From assembly GCA_031413515.1 (NCBI GenBank), contig JANOFF010000155.1, forward strand, positions 117 through 64,116: DNA of 64,000 bases, read 5' to 3'. The notes below the pieces were generated by a model. The model saw only the letters and a list, made by a program, of their open reading frames with translations, was not told the DNA's origin and did not search any database. Positions 44,200-52,818 of this stretch are shown in pieces. The translations under genes and the position numbers were made by a program. Position 1 is the stretch's first letter. Every line of letters starts with the position of its first letter. This stretch comes from a bacterium (GTDB taxonomy: Bacteria; Myxococcota_A; UBA9160; UBA4427).

Positions 44200-46013
44200 T
44201 GGATCTCTGTCGTCTGCTCGCAGAGGACAGGCCAGCGGATTCGATCGTCGCGCGACGCTGGGACGCAGAGTTCGGGGTCAGCCAGACCATCGACTGGGCG
44301 CGGTTCGTCGCCGATGTGCGACGACTCCAGGGTCGCCTCGCGGGTCAGCGGCGCGGTGCCTGGGTGCTGCTGACCGAAGACGCGTATGCGTTCGTGGTCG
44401 GGCTCTTCGCGCTGTGGCACTCGGACTCGTACGCGGTCCTGCCGCCGAATCGTCAACCCGAGGTGCTCGCCCAGCTGCAGACGCGCGTGGCGGGGGTGAT
44501 CACGGACCGGCCGGGTTGGTTCGAGAGTGGCTCCTCGATCCATCCCCTCGATTGCGAAGATGGATCGGCGGATCCCAAGTCCGATCCGCGGACCGGACTG
44601 TGTCGAGATGCCTTCGCGGTCGAGCTCTTCACTTCCGGGACGACCGGGGACGAGAAGTCGAACACGAAGCGGATCGCGCACCTCGAGGACGAAGTCATCC
44701 AGCTCGAAGCCTGGCGCGGAGCGCAGCTCGACGGGGCATGGTTCTTCTCGACCGCATCCCATCAGCACCTCTATGGCCTGCTTTTCGGTGTGCTGTGGCC
44801 GCTCTGCAGCGGGCGCCCGTTCGACACCCACCACTACCTGCATGCCGACGAACTGCTGCCCAAGATGTTGGAGGCTCCGGCGAGCGTACTGGCGAGCGTC
44901 CCGACCTCGATCAAGCACATCGCGCGGCACGCGTCGTTCCCGTTGCTGCGAGATCGCTGTCGCGCCGTGTTCTCCTCCGGTGGTCCGCTGGCAACCGCCA
45001 CCGCGCACGCCGTCGCCGAGGAGCTGGGACGCGCGCCCGTCGAAGTCCTCGGCTCGACCGAAACCGGCGGAATCGGATGGCGCGAGCAGACGCCTGGACT
45101 CGACGACGTCCCGTGGACGCCGTTCGGCTGCGTGCGGATCGCGCGAGACGACGACACCGGCAGCCTGCGTGTGGATTCGCCACTGGTGAGCGTCGCCACC
45201 GGGGATGCGGGATTCGCGACGGGCGATCTGATCGAGATGATTCCGGATGGCCGATTCCGACTCGGCGGGCGATCCAATCAGGTTGCCAAAGTCGGCGAGA
45301 AGCGGGTCGATCTGGCGTACATGGGCTCGCAGCTCCGCTCGCACGAGTGGATCGACGACGCCGTTCTCACCACGATCGAGCGCGACACCGAACAGCGGGT
45401 TGCTGCGCTGCTCGTGGCGTCGCCACGTGGGCTGGACGTCCTCCGTGTCCGCGGTCGGAGAGCGTTCATCCGAGATCTCCGTGCGTCGCTTTCGGATCGC
45501 TGGGATCCCGTCGTCCACCCCCGCCACTGGCGGTTCGTGGATCGCCTGCCCCACAACGAGCAAGGAAAGGTCACCCGCGAAGCGCTGGCGGCGCTGTTTC
45601 GCGACGCCGCCGAGCCGACGCGCACGACCGATCGTCCGCGTGTGCTGCAGGAAGCGCGTGGCAATGGATCGATCGAACGCACCTGCGAGGTCCCGGAAGA
45701 TCTCCAGTGCTTCCGCGGACACTTTCCCGGATTCCCGGTAGTACCGGGCGTCCTGCAGCTGGATTGGGCGATGGACCTCGCCGCAGTGGTGCTGGGGACG
45801 ACGCCGACCATCCAGGAGATCGAAACCTTCAAGTTGATCAGGCCGCTCGGACCCGGAGCGCGGTTTCGGCTGCACGTCGTGATCGATGACTCGGCCGCCA
45901 TGGAAGTAGTGGAGCCCGAAGGTCTGGCAATGAAGTTCTCGTTGTCGTCCACCACGGAGACGTTTTCGGTCGGACGCATCACGTTGGCGTTGCCCGGATC
46001 GTCATCCGGATAA
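44196..46013 (+). CDS. fusion of an AMP-dependent (acyl-ACP/CoA) ligase and a FabA/FabZ-like hot-dog dehydratase (ApeH+ApeI-like)
   Basis: ATGA overlap with the ACP stop. ANL motifs TSGTTGDEKS, GSTETGG, ATGD, GRSNQVAKVGEKRV, NEQGKV. C-terminal 120 aa carry FRGHFPGFPVVPGVLQLDW (dehydratase His motif). Confidence 0.85.
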   Translation: MMDLCRLLAEDRPADSIVARRWDAEFGVSQTIDWARFVADVRRLQGRLAGQRRGAWVLLTEDAYAFVVGLFALWHSDSYAVLPPNRQPEVLAQLQTRVAGVITDRPGWFESGSSIHPLDCEDGSADPKSDPRTGLCRDAFAVELFTSGTTGDEKSNTKRIAHLEDEVIQLEAWRGAQLDGAWFFSTASHQHLYGLLFGVLWPLCSGRPFDTHHYLHADELLPKMLEAPASVLASVPTSIKHIARHASFPLLRDRCRAVFSSGGPLATATAHAVAEELGRAPVEVLGSTETGGIGWREQTPGLDDVPWTPFGCVRIARDDDTGSLRVDSPLVSVATGDAGFATGDLIEMIPDGRFRLGGRSNQVAKVGEKRVDLAYMGSQLRSHEWIDDAVLTTIERDTEQRVAALLVASPRGLDVLRVRGRRAFIRDLRASLSDRWDPVVHPRHWRFVDRLPHNEQGKVTREALAALFRDAAEPTRTTDRPRVLQEARGNGSIERTCEVPEDLQCFRGHFPGFPVVPGVLQLDWAMDLAAVVLGTTPTIQEIETFKLIRPLGPGARFRLHVVIDDSAAMEVVEPEGLAMKFSLSSTTETFSVGRITLALPGSSSG

Positions 46014-46019
46014 AGGGGC

Positions 46020-46766
46020 ATGCCGGTGAAACCCTGCCTCGCCATTCCGATCTACGATCATGCCGACACGATCTCGACGGTGGTCGGATCGCTCGCCTAT
46101 CTCGGTCTGCCCTGCATCATCATCGACGATGGCAGCCACGACACGACTCGTCGCGTGTTGGACGATCTCGAAGACCGATTCGAGTGGGTGACGGTCGTGC
46201 ATCACGATCGGAACCGGGGCCGCGGCGCAGCGCTTCGCACCGCGTACCGGACGGCAGCCCGACAGGGCTTCACACACGTCGTGCAACTCGACGCGGATGG
46301 TCAACACGACGCGCGGGACGTCCCGCGCTTCCTGGAAGCCGCGACGAGCGCACCGGACGCACTGGTGCTCGGCCAACCGATCTTCGACGAATCGGCCCCG
46401 TTCCATCGGCTGCACGGGCGGAAGCTCTCGCAGGGAATCGTCTGGCTCGAGACATGGTCGATGTCGGCCCGGGATCCGCTGTGCGGCTTCCGCTGCATTC
46501 CGCTTGCCTCGACGCTGCCGGTGCTGGATCGCGCGAACACGGGCGATCGGATGGAGTTCGACCCGGAACTCATCATCCGGCTGATGCGTGCCGGTACGCC
46601 GGTGGTCAACGTACCGACGCGAGTCCAGTACAACGAAGGCGGGATCTCGCACTTCCGGATGGGCGAGGACAATCTGCGGATCGCGTGGGTGTACGTGCGT
46701 CTGGCGGTCGAGTCGCTCTGGAACCGGACCCGCGTCGTCGATGCAAGCGCGCCCCCGCGCAGATGA
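46020..46766 (+). CDS. family 2 glycosyltransferase (ApeJ-like)
   Basis: 248 aa. IPIYDHADTI...IIIDDGSHD...LDADGQH (DxD) pattern. Confidence 0.85.
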   Translation: MPVKPCLAIPIYDHADTISTVVGSLAYLGLPCIIIDDGSHDTTRRVLDDLEDRFEWVTVVHHDRNRGRGAALRTAYRTAARQGFTHVVQLDADGQHDARDVPRFLEAATSAPDALVLGQPIFDESAPFHRLHGRKLSQGIVWLETWSMSARDPLCGFRCIPLASTLPVLDRANTGDRMEFDPELIIRLMRAGTPVVNVPTRVQYNEGGISHFRMGEDNLRIAWVYVRLAVESLWNRTRVVDASAPPRR

Positions 46767-47746
46767 TGAAGCCCGGATCAGAAGATCCGCCGAGCGCGCA
46801 ATGGGCATCGGCGAGCGAACGCGGATCGAACTTCGCGCTGCGCTTCCTGCTGACCTGCGTGCGCACGATCGGACACGCACCGCTCGTCGTCGTGCTTGCT
46901 CCCATCGCCGCCTATTTTCTGCTCTTCTCGCGAGCGGCCCGACTGTCTTCGAAGGACTACCAGCGCCGGATCCGACGGATGCACGGGCAGAGCGGAGAGC
47001 CCGGTCTTCGCGACGTCTATCGACACATCTACAGCTTCGCGGCTGTGATCCTCGACCGCTTCGCACTCTGGGGTGGCGCGATCGACAAGTTCGACATCAC
47101 GCTGCACGGCCGCGAAGCGATGGAGCCGCTCGTCGAGAAGCGGACGGGCGCCATGCTGGTCGGGGCCCACGTCGGCAGTTTCGATGTGCTTCGCGTGATC
47201 GCACGCGAGGCCGACATCCCGGTCAACGTCATCATGTACTCGGTCCATGCCGAAAGGATCAACGCCGCCTTCAGGGAACTCGATCCCGAGTCACGAGTAC
47301 GGATCATCGATCTCGATCCGAATTCCACGAAGGCCGCCTTCCAGGTGCGACAGTGCATCGAACGCGGCGAGTTCGTCGCCGTGCTCGCAGATCGGGTGTT
47401 GCCGGGCGCGCGCAGTCGCGTCGCCTACGCGAAGTTCCTCGGCCAGCTCGCGGCGTTTTCGCAGGGCCCGTTCATGCTTGCAGGCGTGCTCCGGGTGCCG
47501 GTGATCCTGACGATCGCGCTGCGCAGGGGCCCGTGGGCCTACGATGTGTACCTCGAGTCGATCAGCGCCGGCGGTGCGATCGGACGACGGAATCGCTCGG
47601 CCCGGATCCAGGACCAGGTCGAGCGCTATGCGGCGAGACTCGAGCACTATTGTCTGAAGGCACCGAATCAATGGTTCAACTTCTACGACTTCTGGGCCGA
47701 AGCCGATCACGCTCGACAGGGGGACGACGATGACCCTTCGTCCTGA
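46763..47746 (+). CDS. LpxL/HtrB-type lipid A biosynthesis-like acyltransferase (ApeB-like)
   Basis: In frame with ORF 46184..47746. ATG 46763 overlaps the GT2 stop (ATGA). N-terminal TM, VGAHVGSFD (HxxxxD-like) block. Confidence 0.8.
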   Translation: MMKPGSEDPPSAQWASASERGSNFALRFLLTCVRTIGHAPLVVVLAPIAAYFLLFSRAARLSSKDYQRRIRRMHGQSGEPGLRDVYRHIYSFAAVILDRFALWGGAIDKFDITLHGREAMEPLVEKRTGAMLVGAHVGSFDVLRVIAREADIPVNVIMYSVHAERINAAFRELDPESRVRIIDLDPNSTKAAFQVRQCIERGEFVAVLADRVLPGARSRVAYAKFLGQLAAFSQGPFMLAGVLRVPVILTIALRRGPWAYDVYLESISAGGAIGRRNRSARIQDQVERYAARLEHYCLKAPNQWFNFYDFWAEADHARQGDDDDPSS

Positions 47747-48251
47747 GGATCGCATCGATCTCTCCACGTTGATTCCCCATCGTGGCGAGAGCCTGCTGCT
47801 CGATCGGATCATCGACCACGACGACGAGTGCACGATCGCCGGAGTCGTCGTCGGCAGCCGATCCTCGCTGCTGCGCGAAGACGGCACGGTGCCCACGTGG
47901 CTCGCGGTCGAGTACATGGCGCAGACCATCGCGGTCCACGAGGGCTTCATCGCCCGAAGCGAGGGCCGAACCCTCGAGATCGGATTCCTCGTGACGGTGG
48001 TGGGCCTCGAGATCCAGCCCGTGACGTTGCAATCGGGGCAGGTGCTGCGCGTGCACGCAAGGCGAGCGCGTGGACGGCCCGGGCTGGGTGTCGTTTCGCA
48101 CCATTGCACCCTGCATCGCTGCGGGGAGGGCGATCGCCTGGAGATCATCGCCAAAGGTCGGCTCTCGATCGCGATCCGGGGGCTCCGGATCGGCGAGTTC
48201 GCAGGACGAGACAGCACACCCGCTGCGACCGGAAGCGACGTAGACCGCTGA
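47730..48251 (+). CDS. hot-dog fold dehydratase (ApeP-like)
   Basis: 173 aa. LIPHRGESLLLDRI...WLAVEYMAQTIAV is typical of the APE-cluster thioester dehydratase. Overlaps the previous gene by 17 nt. Confidence 0.75.
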   Translation: MTLRPEDRIDLSTLIPHRGESLLLDRIIDHDDECTIAGVVVGSRSSLLREDGTVPTWLAVEYMAQTIAVHEGFIARSEGRTLEIGFLVTVVGLEIQPVTLQSGQVLRVHARRARGRPGLGVVSHHCTLHRCGEGDRLEIIAKGRLSIAIRGLRIGEFAGRDSTPAATGSDVDR

Positions 48252-48315
48252 GTCCCGGCGTGTCTTTCGCGGGTCCACGCCAGCCGTCCGTTGTGCTCCC
48301 GCACTAGACTGGTCG

Positions 48316-50517
48316 GTGGGAGCGACAGTGCCGGCCGACGAAGCGACGGACATTCGGGCACGCGATCCGCTTTTCTGGTGCGCGGCCGGATGCTCGGTCG
48401 CGTTGCTGCTGGCGCTGGCCTGGCCGCTGTTGAATGGACAGCTCTACGTCCTCTCGGACCTCGGCCGTTTCCACGTGCCCGTCCGGTACTTCTACTCGCA
48501 GGCGCTCGCGGCCGGTGACTCGTTCCTCTGGTTCCCCTACGAGTTCACCGGCTTCTACCTGCACGGCGAGGGACAGGGTGCATTCGCCCATCCGCTGAAC
48601 TGGCTCCAGTACAGGCTGCTGCCGTTCCATGTCGCCTTCTCGCTCGAACTCATGCGGACGTATCTGATGCTGGTCGCGGGCACGTTCGCGCTGCTCGTGC
48701 GCTGGCGCGTGTCGTTCGCAGCGGCGGCGTTCGGCTCGCTGGTCTTCAGCTTCGGTTCATTCAACTTCCTCCACTTCGACCACATGAACTTCACCGCCAT
48801 CGTCGCCCACCTCCCGTGGATGCTTCTTGCCGCGGACGTGGCGCTCGAGAGTTCGAATCCACGCTCGGCGTCGCTGGCCCGTTTCGCGCTGATCCTGCTG
48901 GTCGCGTCGGTCGGGTTGCACGGCCATCCCCAGGTGATGTGGATGGCGCTCGTGGCTTTCGGTGGCTGGGCGCTGACGTGGCTCCTCGGAGGATTCCCCG
49001 GGCGTCGCGTGTGGGTTCCGCGCGAGCGACTCGTCGCCCTCGGGCCGCTCGCACTGGCGCTGGTGCTGGGGGTCTCGCTGGCTGCGATCCAGCTGCTGCC
49101 GCAGTGGGATGCTCTCGGCACTTCGCTGCGTGCCGATCCCGGAAGCGGCCACGCCAACAGCTACGCGCTCGCGCCGATCAACATCGTGCAACTCGTCGCG
49201 CCGTATCTGTTCGTGGACCGCACCGTCGGCAGCAACACCGCCGGCTTTGCGTTCTACTGCGGCGCCGCCGTGCTGCCGCTGGCCGTGTGGTCGTGTTTGC
49301 GGGGCAGGCGACTCCGCGCGCTCTGGCCGATGCTGCGCTTCGGCGCACTGCTGGCGGTCTTCGGTTCTGTGCTCGCGCTGGGCGAGCAGGGCGGGCTCTA
49401 CCGCCTGCAGGAGTTGCTTCCGGTGGTCGGGCTGTTCCGCGCGCCGGGCCGCTACGTGATGCTGAGTGAACTCGGTCTGGCCCTGATGGCGACGGCTGCC
49501 TTCGCCGATCTCGCGAGCAGACGGGACGGTGCATCGACTCCCGCGTGGCGGACCCTCTGGCCGCTGGCGATGCCGCTCGGGGTCGCCGCTCTCGTCGCCC
49601 TCGTGATCGGGTTGCCGAGTGTGCAGGCCGCGCATCCCGGATGGGAGATCGCCGGAACTGGCCAGACGGCGACAGGAGTGGCCCTGATCGCGATCGCGAC
49701 GGCGCTGGTGATCGCCTCGGCGCGAGGTCATCGGCTCGCCCTCTACGCACTCGTGGTCGTGACCGCGGTCGATCTCGGCGTCTATGGCCTCAGCTATGTG
49801 CGCTCGCTTCCGACGGTCCGGCTCGCCGAGTGGGCGGGCATCGGAGATCCGCCGCCGGTCGCACCGGATCAGCGCATCGAGCGCGGTCCGACCGTGCTCA
49901 CGTTGCGCGGCGTGCGGCTCGCGAGTGGCTACGCGGCGATGACACCGGATCGCGTGCTGCCGATCGGGCTAGATCGGAATCCGATTCCCGCGCCCGATCC
50001 CACGCTGCTGCGTCACGCGCGCCTCGTGGCGGGGATCCCGGTTGCATCGTCGCGCGCCGGCCGGGCGATCGAACCGCTGCCGCGTGTACGACTGGTGGTC
50101 GCCGCCGAAGCAACCGATGCCGTGCTCGATCGGATCGGTCGGATCGACGTGGCCTCGACGGCGCTCGTCGCCCGGCCGCTCGAGATCGGCCCCGGTCCGA
50201 TCGGCGCTGTCCGCGTGCTCGAAGACCGCCCGGGCCTGCTTCGCGTGCAGACGGACACCCTCACCCCGCAATTGCTCGTCTTCTCGGAGCGCCATCATCC
50301 GGGCTGGCACGGCGATCGCGGAGGGACGGTATGCGATGTCGTGCCCGTCTACGCCGACTTCATGGGCTGCGTGGTGCCGCCAGGCCGCCACTTCATCGAG
50401 CTGCGCTTCGAGCCGCGGAGCTTCACCGCTGGCATGCGTGTGTCGCTGGTCGCTGCGCTGCTCACGGTGCTGTGGTGTGCCCGGCCGATCATCCGGACGA
50501 GCCGAGCTGGAAGCTGA
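48316..50517 (+). CDS. large polytopic membrane protein (YfhO/GT-C-like, putative)
   Basis: 733 aa with a GTG start, about 12-14 TM helices and a C-terminal soluble domain. Functional call is weak. Confidence 0.6.
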   Translation: MGATVPADEATDIRARDPLFWCAAGCSVALLLALAWPLLNGQLYVLSDLGRFHVPVRYFYSQALAAGDSFLWFPYEFTGFYLHGEGQGAFAHPLNWLQYRLLPFHVAFSLELMRTYLMLVAGTFALLVRWRVSFAAAAFGSLVFSFGSFNFLHFDHMNFTAIVAHLPWMLLAADVALESSNPRSASLARFALILLVASVGLHGHPQVMWMALVAFGGWALTWLLGGFPGRRVWVPRERLVALGPLALALVLGVSLAAIQLLPQWDALGTSLRADPGSGHANSYALAPINIVQLVAPYLFVDRTVGSNTAGFAFYCGAAVLPLAVWSCLRGRRLRALWPMLRFGALLAVFGSVLALGEQGGLYRLQELLPVVGLFRAPGRYVMLSELGLALMATAAFADLASRRDGASTPAWRTLWPLAMPLGVAALVALVIGLPSVQAAHPGWEIAGTGQTATGVALIAIATALVIASARGHRLALYALVVVTAVDLGVYGLSYVRSLPTVRLAEWAGIGDPPPVAPDQRIERGPTVLTLRGVRLASGYAAMTPDRVLPIGLDRNPIPAPDPTLLRHARLVAGIPVASSRAGRAIEPLPRVRLVVAAEATDAVLDRIGRIDVASTALVARPLEIGPGPIGAVRVLEDRPGLLRVQTDTLTPQLLVFSERHHPGWHGDRGGTVCDVVPVYADFMGCVVPPGRHFIELRFEPRSFTAGMRVSLVAALLTVLWCARPIIRTSRAGS

Positions 50518-50532
50518 ACAAAAGCGGCTCGT

Positions 50533-51438
50533 TCAGGTTCGCGCGGGCAGAGGCAGGATCTCCCGGCCATCGAGATAGCCCAGTTCGAGCAATTCGCTGC
50601 GCGGGACGACGCGCGCGAGTTCTTCGCGAATCGGCTTCAGGTCGGTCGGGATCGAGAACCCGGGCAGCCAGTCGTCGTGATGTCCGAGCACGATGCGGCG
50701 GGGGCGGAGCAGATCGGCCTGCCGACCGACGAAGCGGGCCAGCGATCCCTGGATCGGCTCCCCGTCGATGTTGCCGCGTCCCGCTGCCGCGAGGATCGCG
50801 ACGTCGGGCCGCAGGCCGTGCAGGATCCCCGTCCAGTGTCCCGAGGTGTCCTGATACAGCAACGTTCCGTCGGGCATCTCGAAGAAATAGATCAGCGCGC
50901 CGCCGTCCCCCCGATCACCCTGCTGGGCGCCGACCACGTGACGGATCGCCACCGGATCGAGCCCCGTCGCGAGATGCTTCGCCAGTTCGGCGAAGCGAGC
51001 GCGCTGCTCCTGCCAGGTGACCCCGAGATCGCCGAGACAGACTTCGCCTGCGTCGGCCATCTGCCCGTGCGACCACACGCAGGAGTGCTGACTCGGATAG
51101 ACGGAGACCCGGACGCCCGGCCCGAGTTCGATCGTCTCGCCACCCGCCACGCAGATCATGCGATCGAGGGGCACGCCCGCCTGTGCCATCACGCGCACGG
51201 TCTCGTAGCTGCCGATCAGGCGGGCACGGGTGTTGGCGGCGATCCGCTCGGCCCCGTAGAGATGGTCGAAATGCGAGTGTCCGATCACGATCCAGTCGCA
51301 CGCATCGATGTCGTCGGCGCGCAGCCCCGTCCCCGCCGCGTTCTCGGCTCGATCGATGTAGGCGTCGAGAAAGATCGTGAGGCCCGCCGTCTTCAGGCGG
51401 AACGTCGCGCAGCCGTACCAGTCGAGGGTGGTCGTCAT
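50533..51438 (-). CDS. MBL-fold metallo-hydrolase
   Basis: 301 aa with HxHxDH motif (GHSHFDH). Confidence 0.85.
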   Translation of the reverse strand: MTTTLDWYGCATFRLKTAGLTIFLDAYIDRAENAAGTGLRADDIDACDWIVIGHSHFDHLYGAERIAANTRARLIGSYETVRVMAQAGVPLDRMICVAGGETIELGPGVRVSVYPSQHSCVWSHGQMADAGEVCLGDLGVTWQEQRARFAELAKHLATGLDPVAIRHVVGAQQGDRGDGGALIYFFEMPDGTLLYQDTSGHWTGILHGLRPDVAILAAAGRGNIDGEPIQGSLARFVGRQADLLRPRRIVLGHHDDWLPGFSIPTDLKPIREELARVVPRSELLELGYLDGREILPLPART

Positions 51439-51478
51439 GTCGTCTCCTGTCGCGCGGCGCCGGGTGCTCTCGGATCGA

Positions 51479-52642
51479 TCAGGTCGAGGACGGCGAGGCG
51501 CTGAACACCGAATGCCCGCCGATCCACGTTTCGACGAGTCGGCCCGTCGGATCGAGCAGCGCGAGATCCGCGCGCGCCCCCGGCCAGAGAGTTCCGCGAT
51601 CGCGTTCGATGCCGAGCAGTCGCGCGGGTCGGATCGTCGCAGCCGCCACCGCTTCGGCCAGCGGCATGCCCGAGAACTGCACGGCGTTTCGCACCGCCTC
51701 GTCGAGTCCGAGCTGACTGCCCGCGAGCGTGCCGTCGCGCAGCCGAAGCGGCGCGCCGGGCGGGTGCGCGGTCTCGACAGAGCTGTCGGCGCCGGTGAAA
51801 TCGACGCGATCGCTGATCAGCAGCAGGCGATCGCCGAGTGCTCTTGCCGCGATGCGGAACACGTCGGGATGGACGTGGAAGCCGTCGCCGATCATGTCGC
51901 AGCTGAGGCGGTCCAGCGCGAGCACGCTGCCGGCGACGCCGGGCTCGCGGTGATGGAACGGTCCCATCGCATTGAAGAGGTGCGTGACGTGGACCAGGCC
52001 GCGATCGATGCCCGCGCGGATCTGCGCCGCGGTCGCATTCGAGTGGCCGAGAGAGGCGACCACGCCACGGCGCGCGAGCGAATCGAGCAGCACGTCCGAT
52101 CCCGCGATCTCGGGTGCCAGGGTCACCATCCGGAGCAGCTCCCCGGCGCGCTCGAGCACCGCCTCGTCGCGATCGGCACGGAACGGCCGGATCGCGTCGC
52201 GCGCCATCGCGCCGGGTCGGACTTCGCTGAGCCACGGCCCCTCGAGATGCAGGCCGAGGCAGTGGGCGCCGGCCCTGCGGTCGGTCGAAATCGAGTCGGC
52301 GAGTTTCGACACGCGCGCACCGAGCTCGGCGTCGGACCAGCTCATCGTCGTCGCGAGGTAGGCGGTCGTACCACTCGACGGCATGCTGTCGGACGCGCGG
52401 GCGAGCGCCGCGCCGAATCGCCCGGGAGGCGCGTCGAAGAGTTCACCGTGGAAGTGGATGTCGATGAGTCCGGGCGCCACGAGCAGGCCGGGGCGTTCGA
52501 CACGTCGCCAATCCGGGCCGAGCGATCCACGCGGCGGGACTCGATCGACGATCCGCCCGTCCTCGATCAGCAGCGTCTCGTCGTACAGACCACACCGGTC
52601 GGGATCGATCAGACGCGCACCGGTCAGCGCACAGCGATCCAT
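51479..52642 (-). CDS. nagA: N-acetylglucosamine-6-phosphate deacetylase
   Basis: 387 aa. GLIDIHFHG metal site and the THLFNAMGPFHHREPG signature. Confidence 0.8.
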   Translation of the reverse strand: MDRCALTGARLIDPDRCGLYDETLLIEDGRIVDRVPPRGSLGPDWRRVERPGLLVAPGLIDIHFHGELFDAPPGRFGAALARASDSMPSSGTTAYLATTMSWSDAELGARVSKLADSISTDRRAGAHCLGLHLEGPWLSEVRPGAMARDAIRPFRADRDEAVLERAGELLRMVTLAPEIAGSDVLLDSLARRGVVASLGHSNATAAQIRAGIDRGLVHVTHLFNAMGPFHHREPGVAGSVLALDRLSCDMIGDGFHVHPDVFRIAARALGDRLLLISDRVDFTGADSSVETAHPPGAPLRLRDGTLAGSQLGLDEAVRNAVQFSGMPLAEAVAAATIRPARLLGIERDRGTLWPGARADLALLDPTGRLVETWIGGHSVFSASPSST

Positions 52643-52743
52643 TCACGCCCCGTTTTGCGTCGCGGGCCGAGCGCCCCGACAGATGAAGCAACGGCAGAGT
52701 AGCGGCCCGCCGAGCGTGTCGACCGGGGCGTCGACCGATGAAT

Positions 52744-52781
52744 CGCGAAGCGAAGCAGGGCTCCCGCGAAGCGAAGCAGGG
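52744..52781. repeat. perfect 17-nt direct repeat with 21-bp period upstream of nagA
   Basis: CGCGAAGCGAAGCAGGG at 52744-52760 and 52765-52781, spacer CTCC. Intergenic, about 100-140 nt 5' of the nagA start codon. Confidence 0.9.
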
Positions 52782-52818
52782 TTGGCGCGAGCGCATGGCG
52801 CCCGCGCCGACCCTTCGA

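Noticed and set aside
43710-45875. 721-aa ORF on the minus strand
   Set aside because: It lies antisense to the ACP and ligase-dehydratase genes, which carry clear catalytic motifs. No domain is recognisable in the antisense translation.
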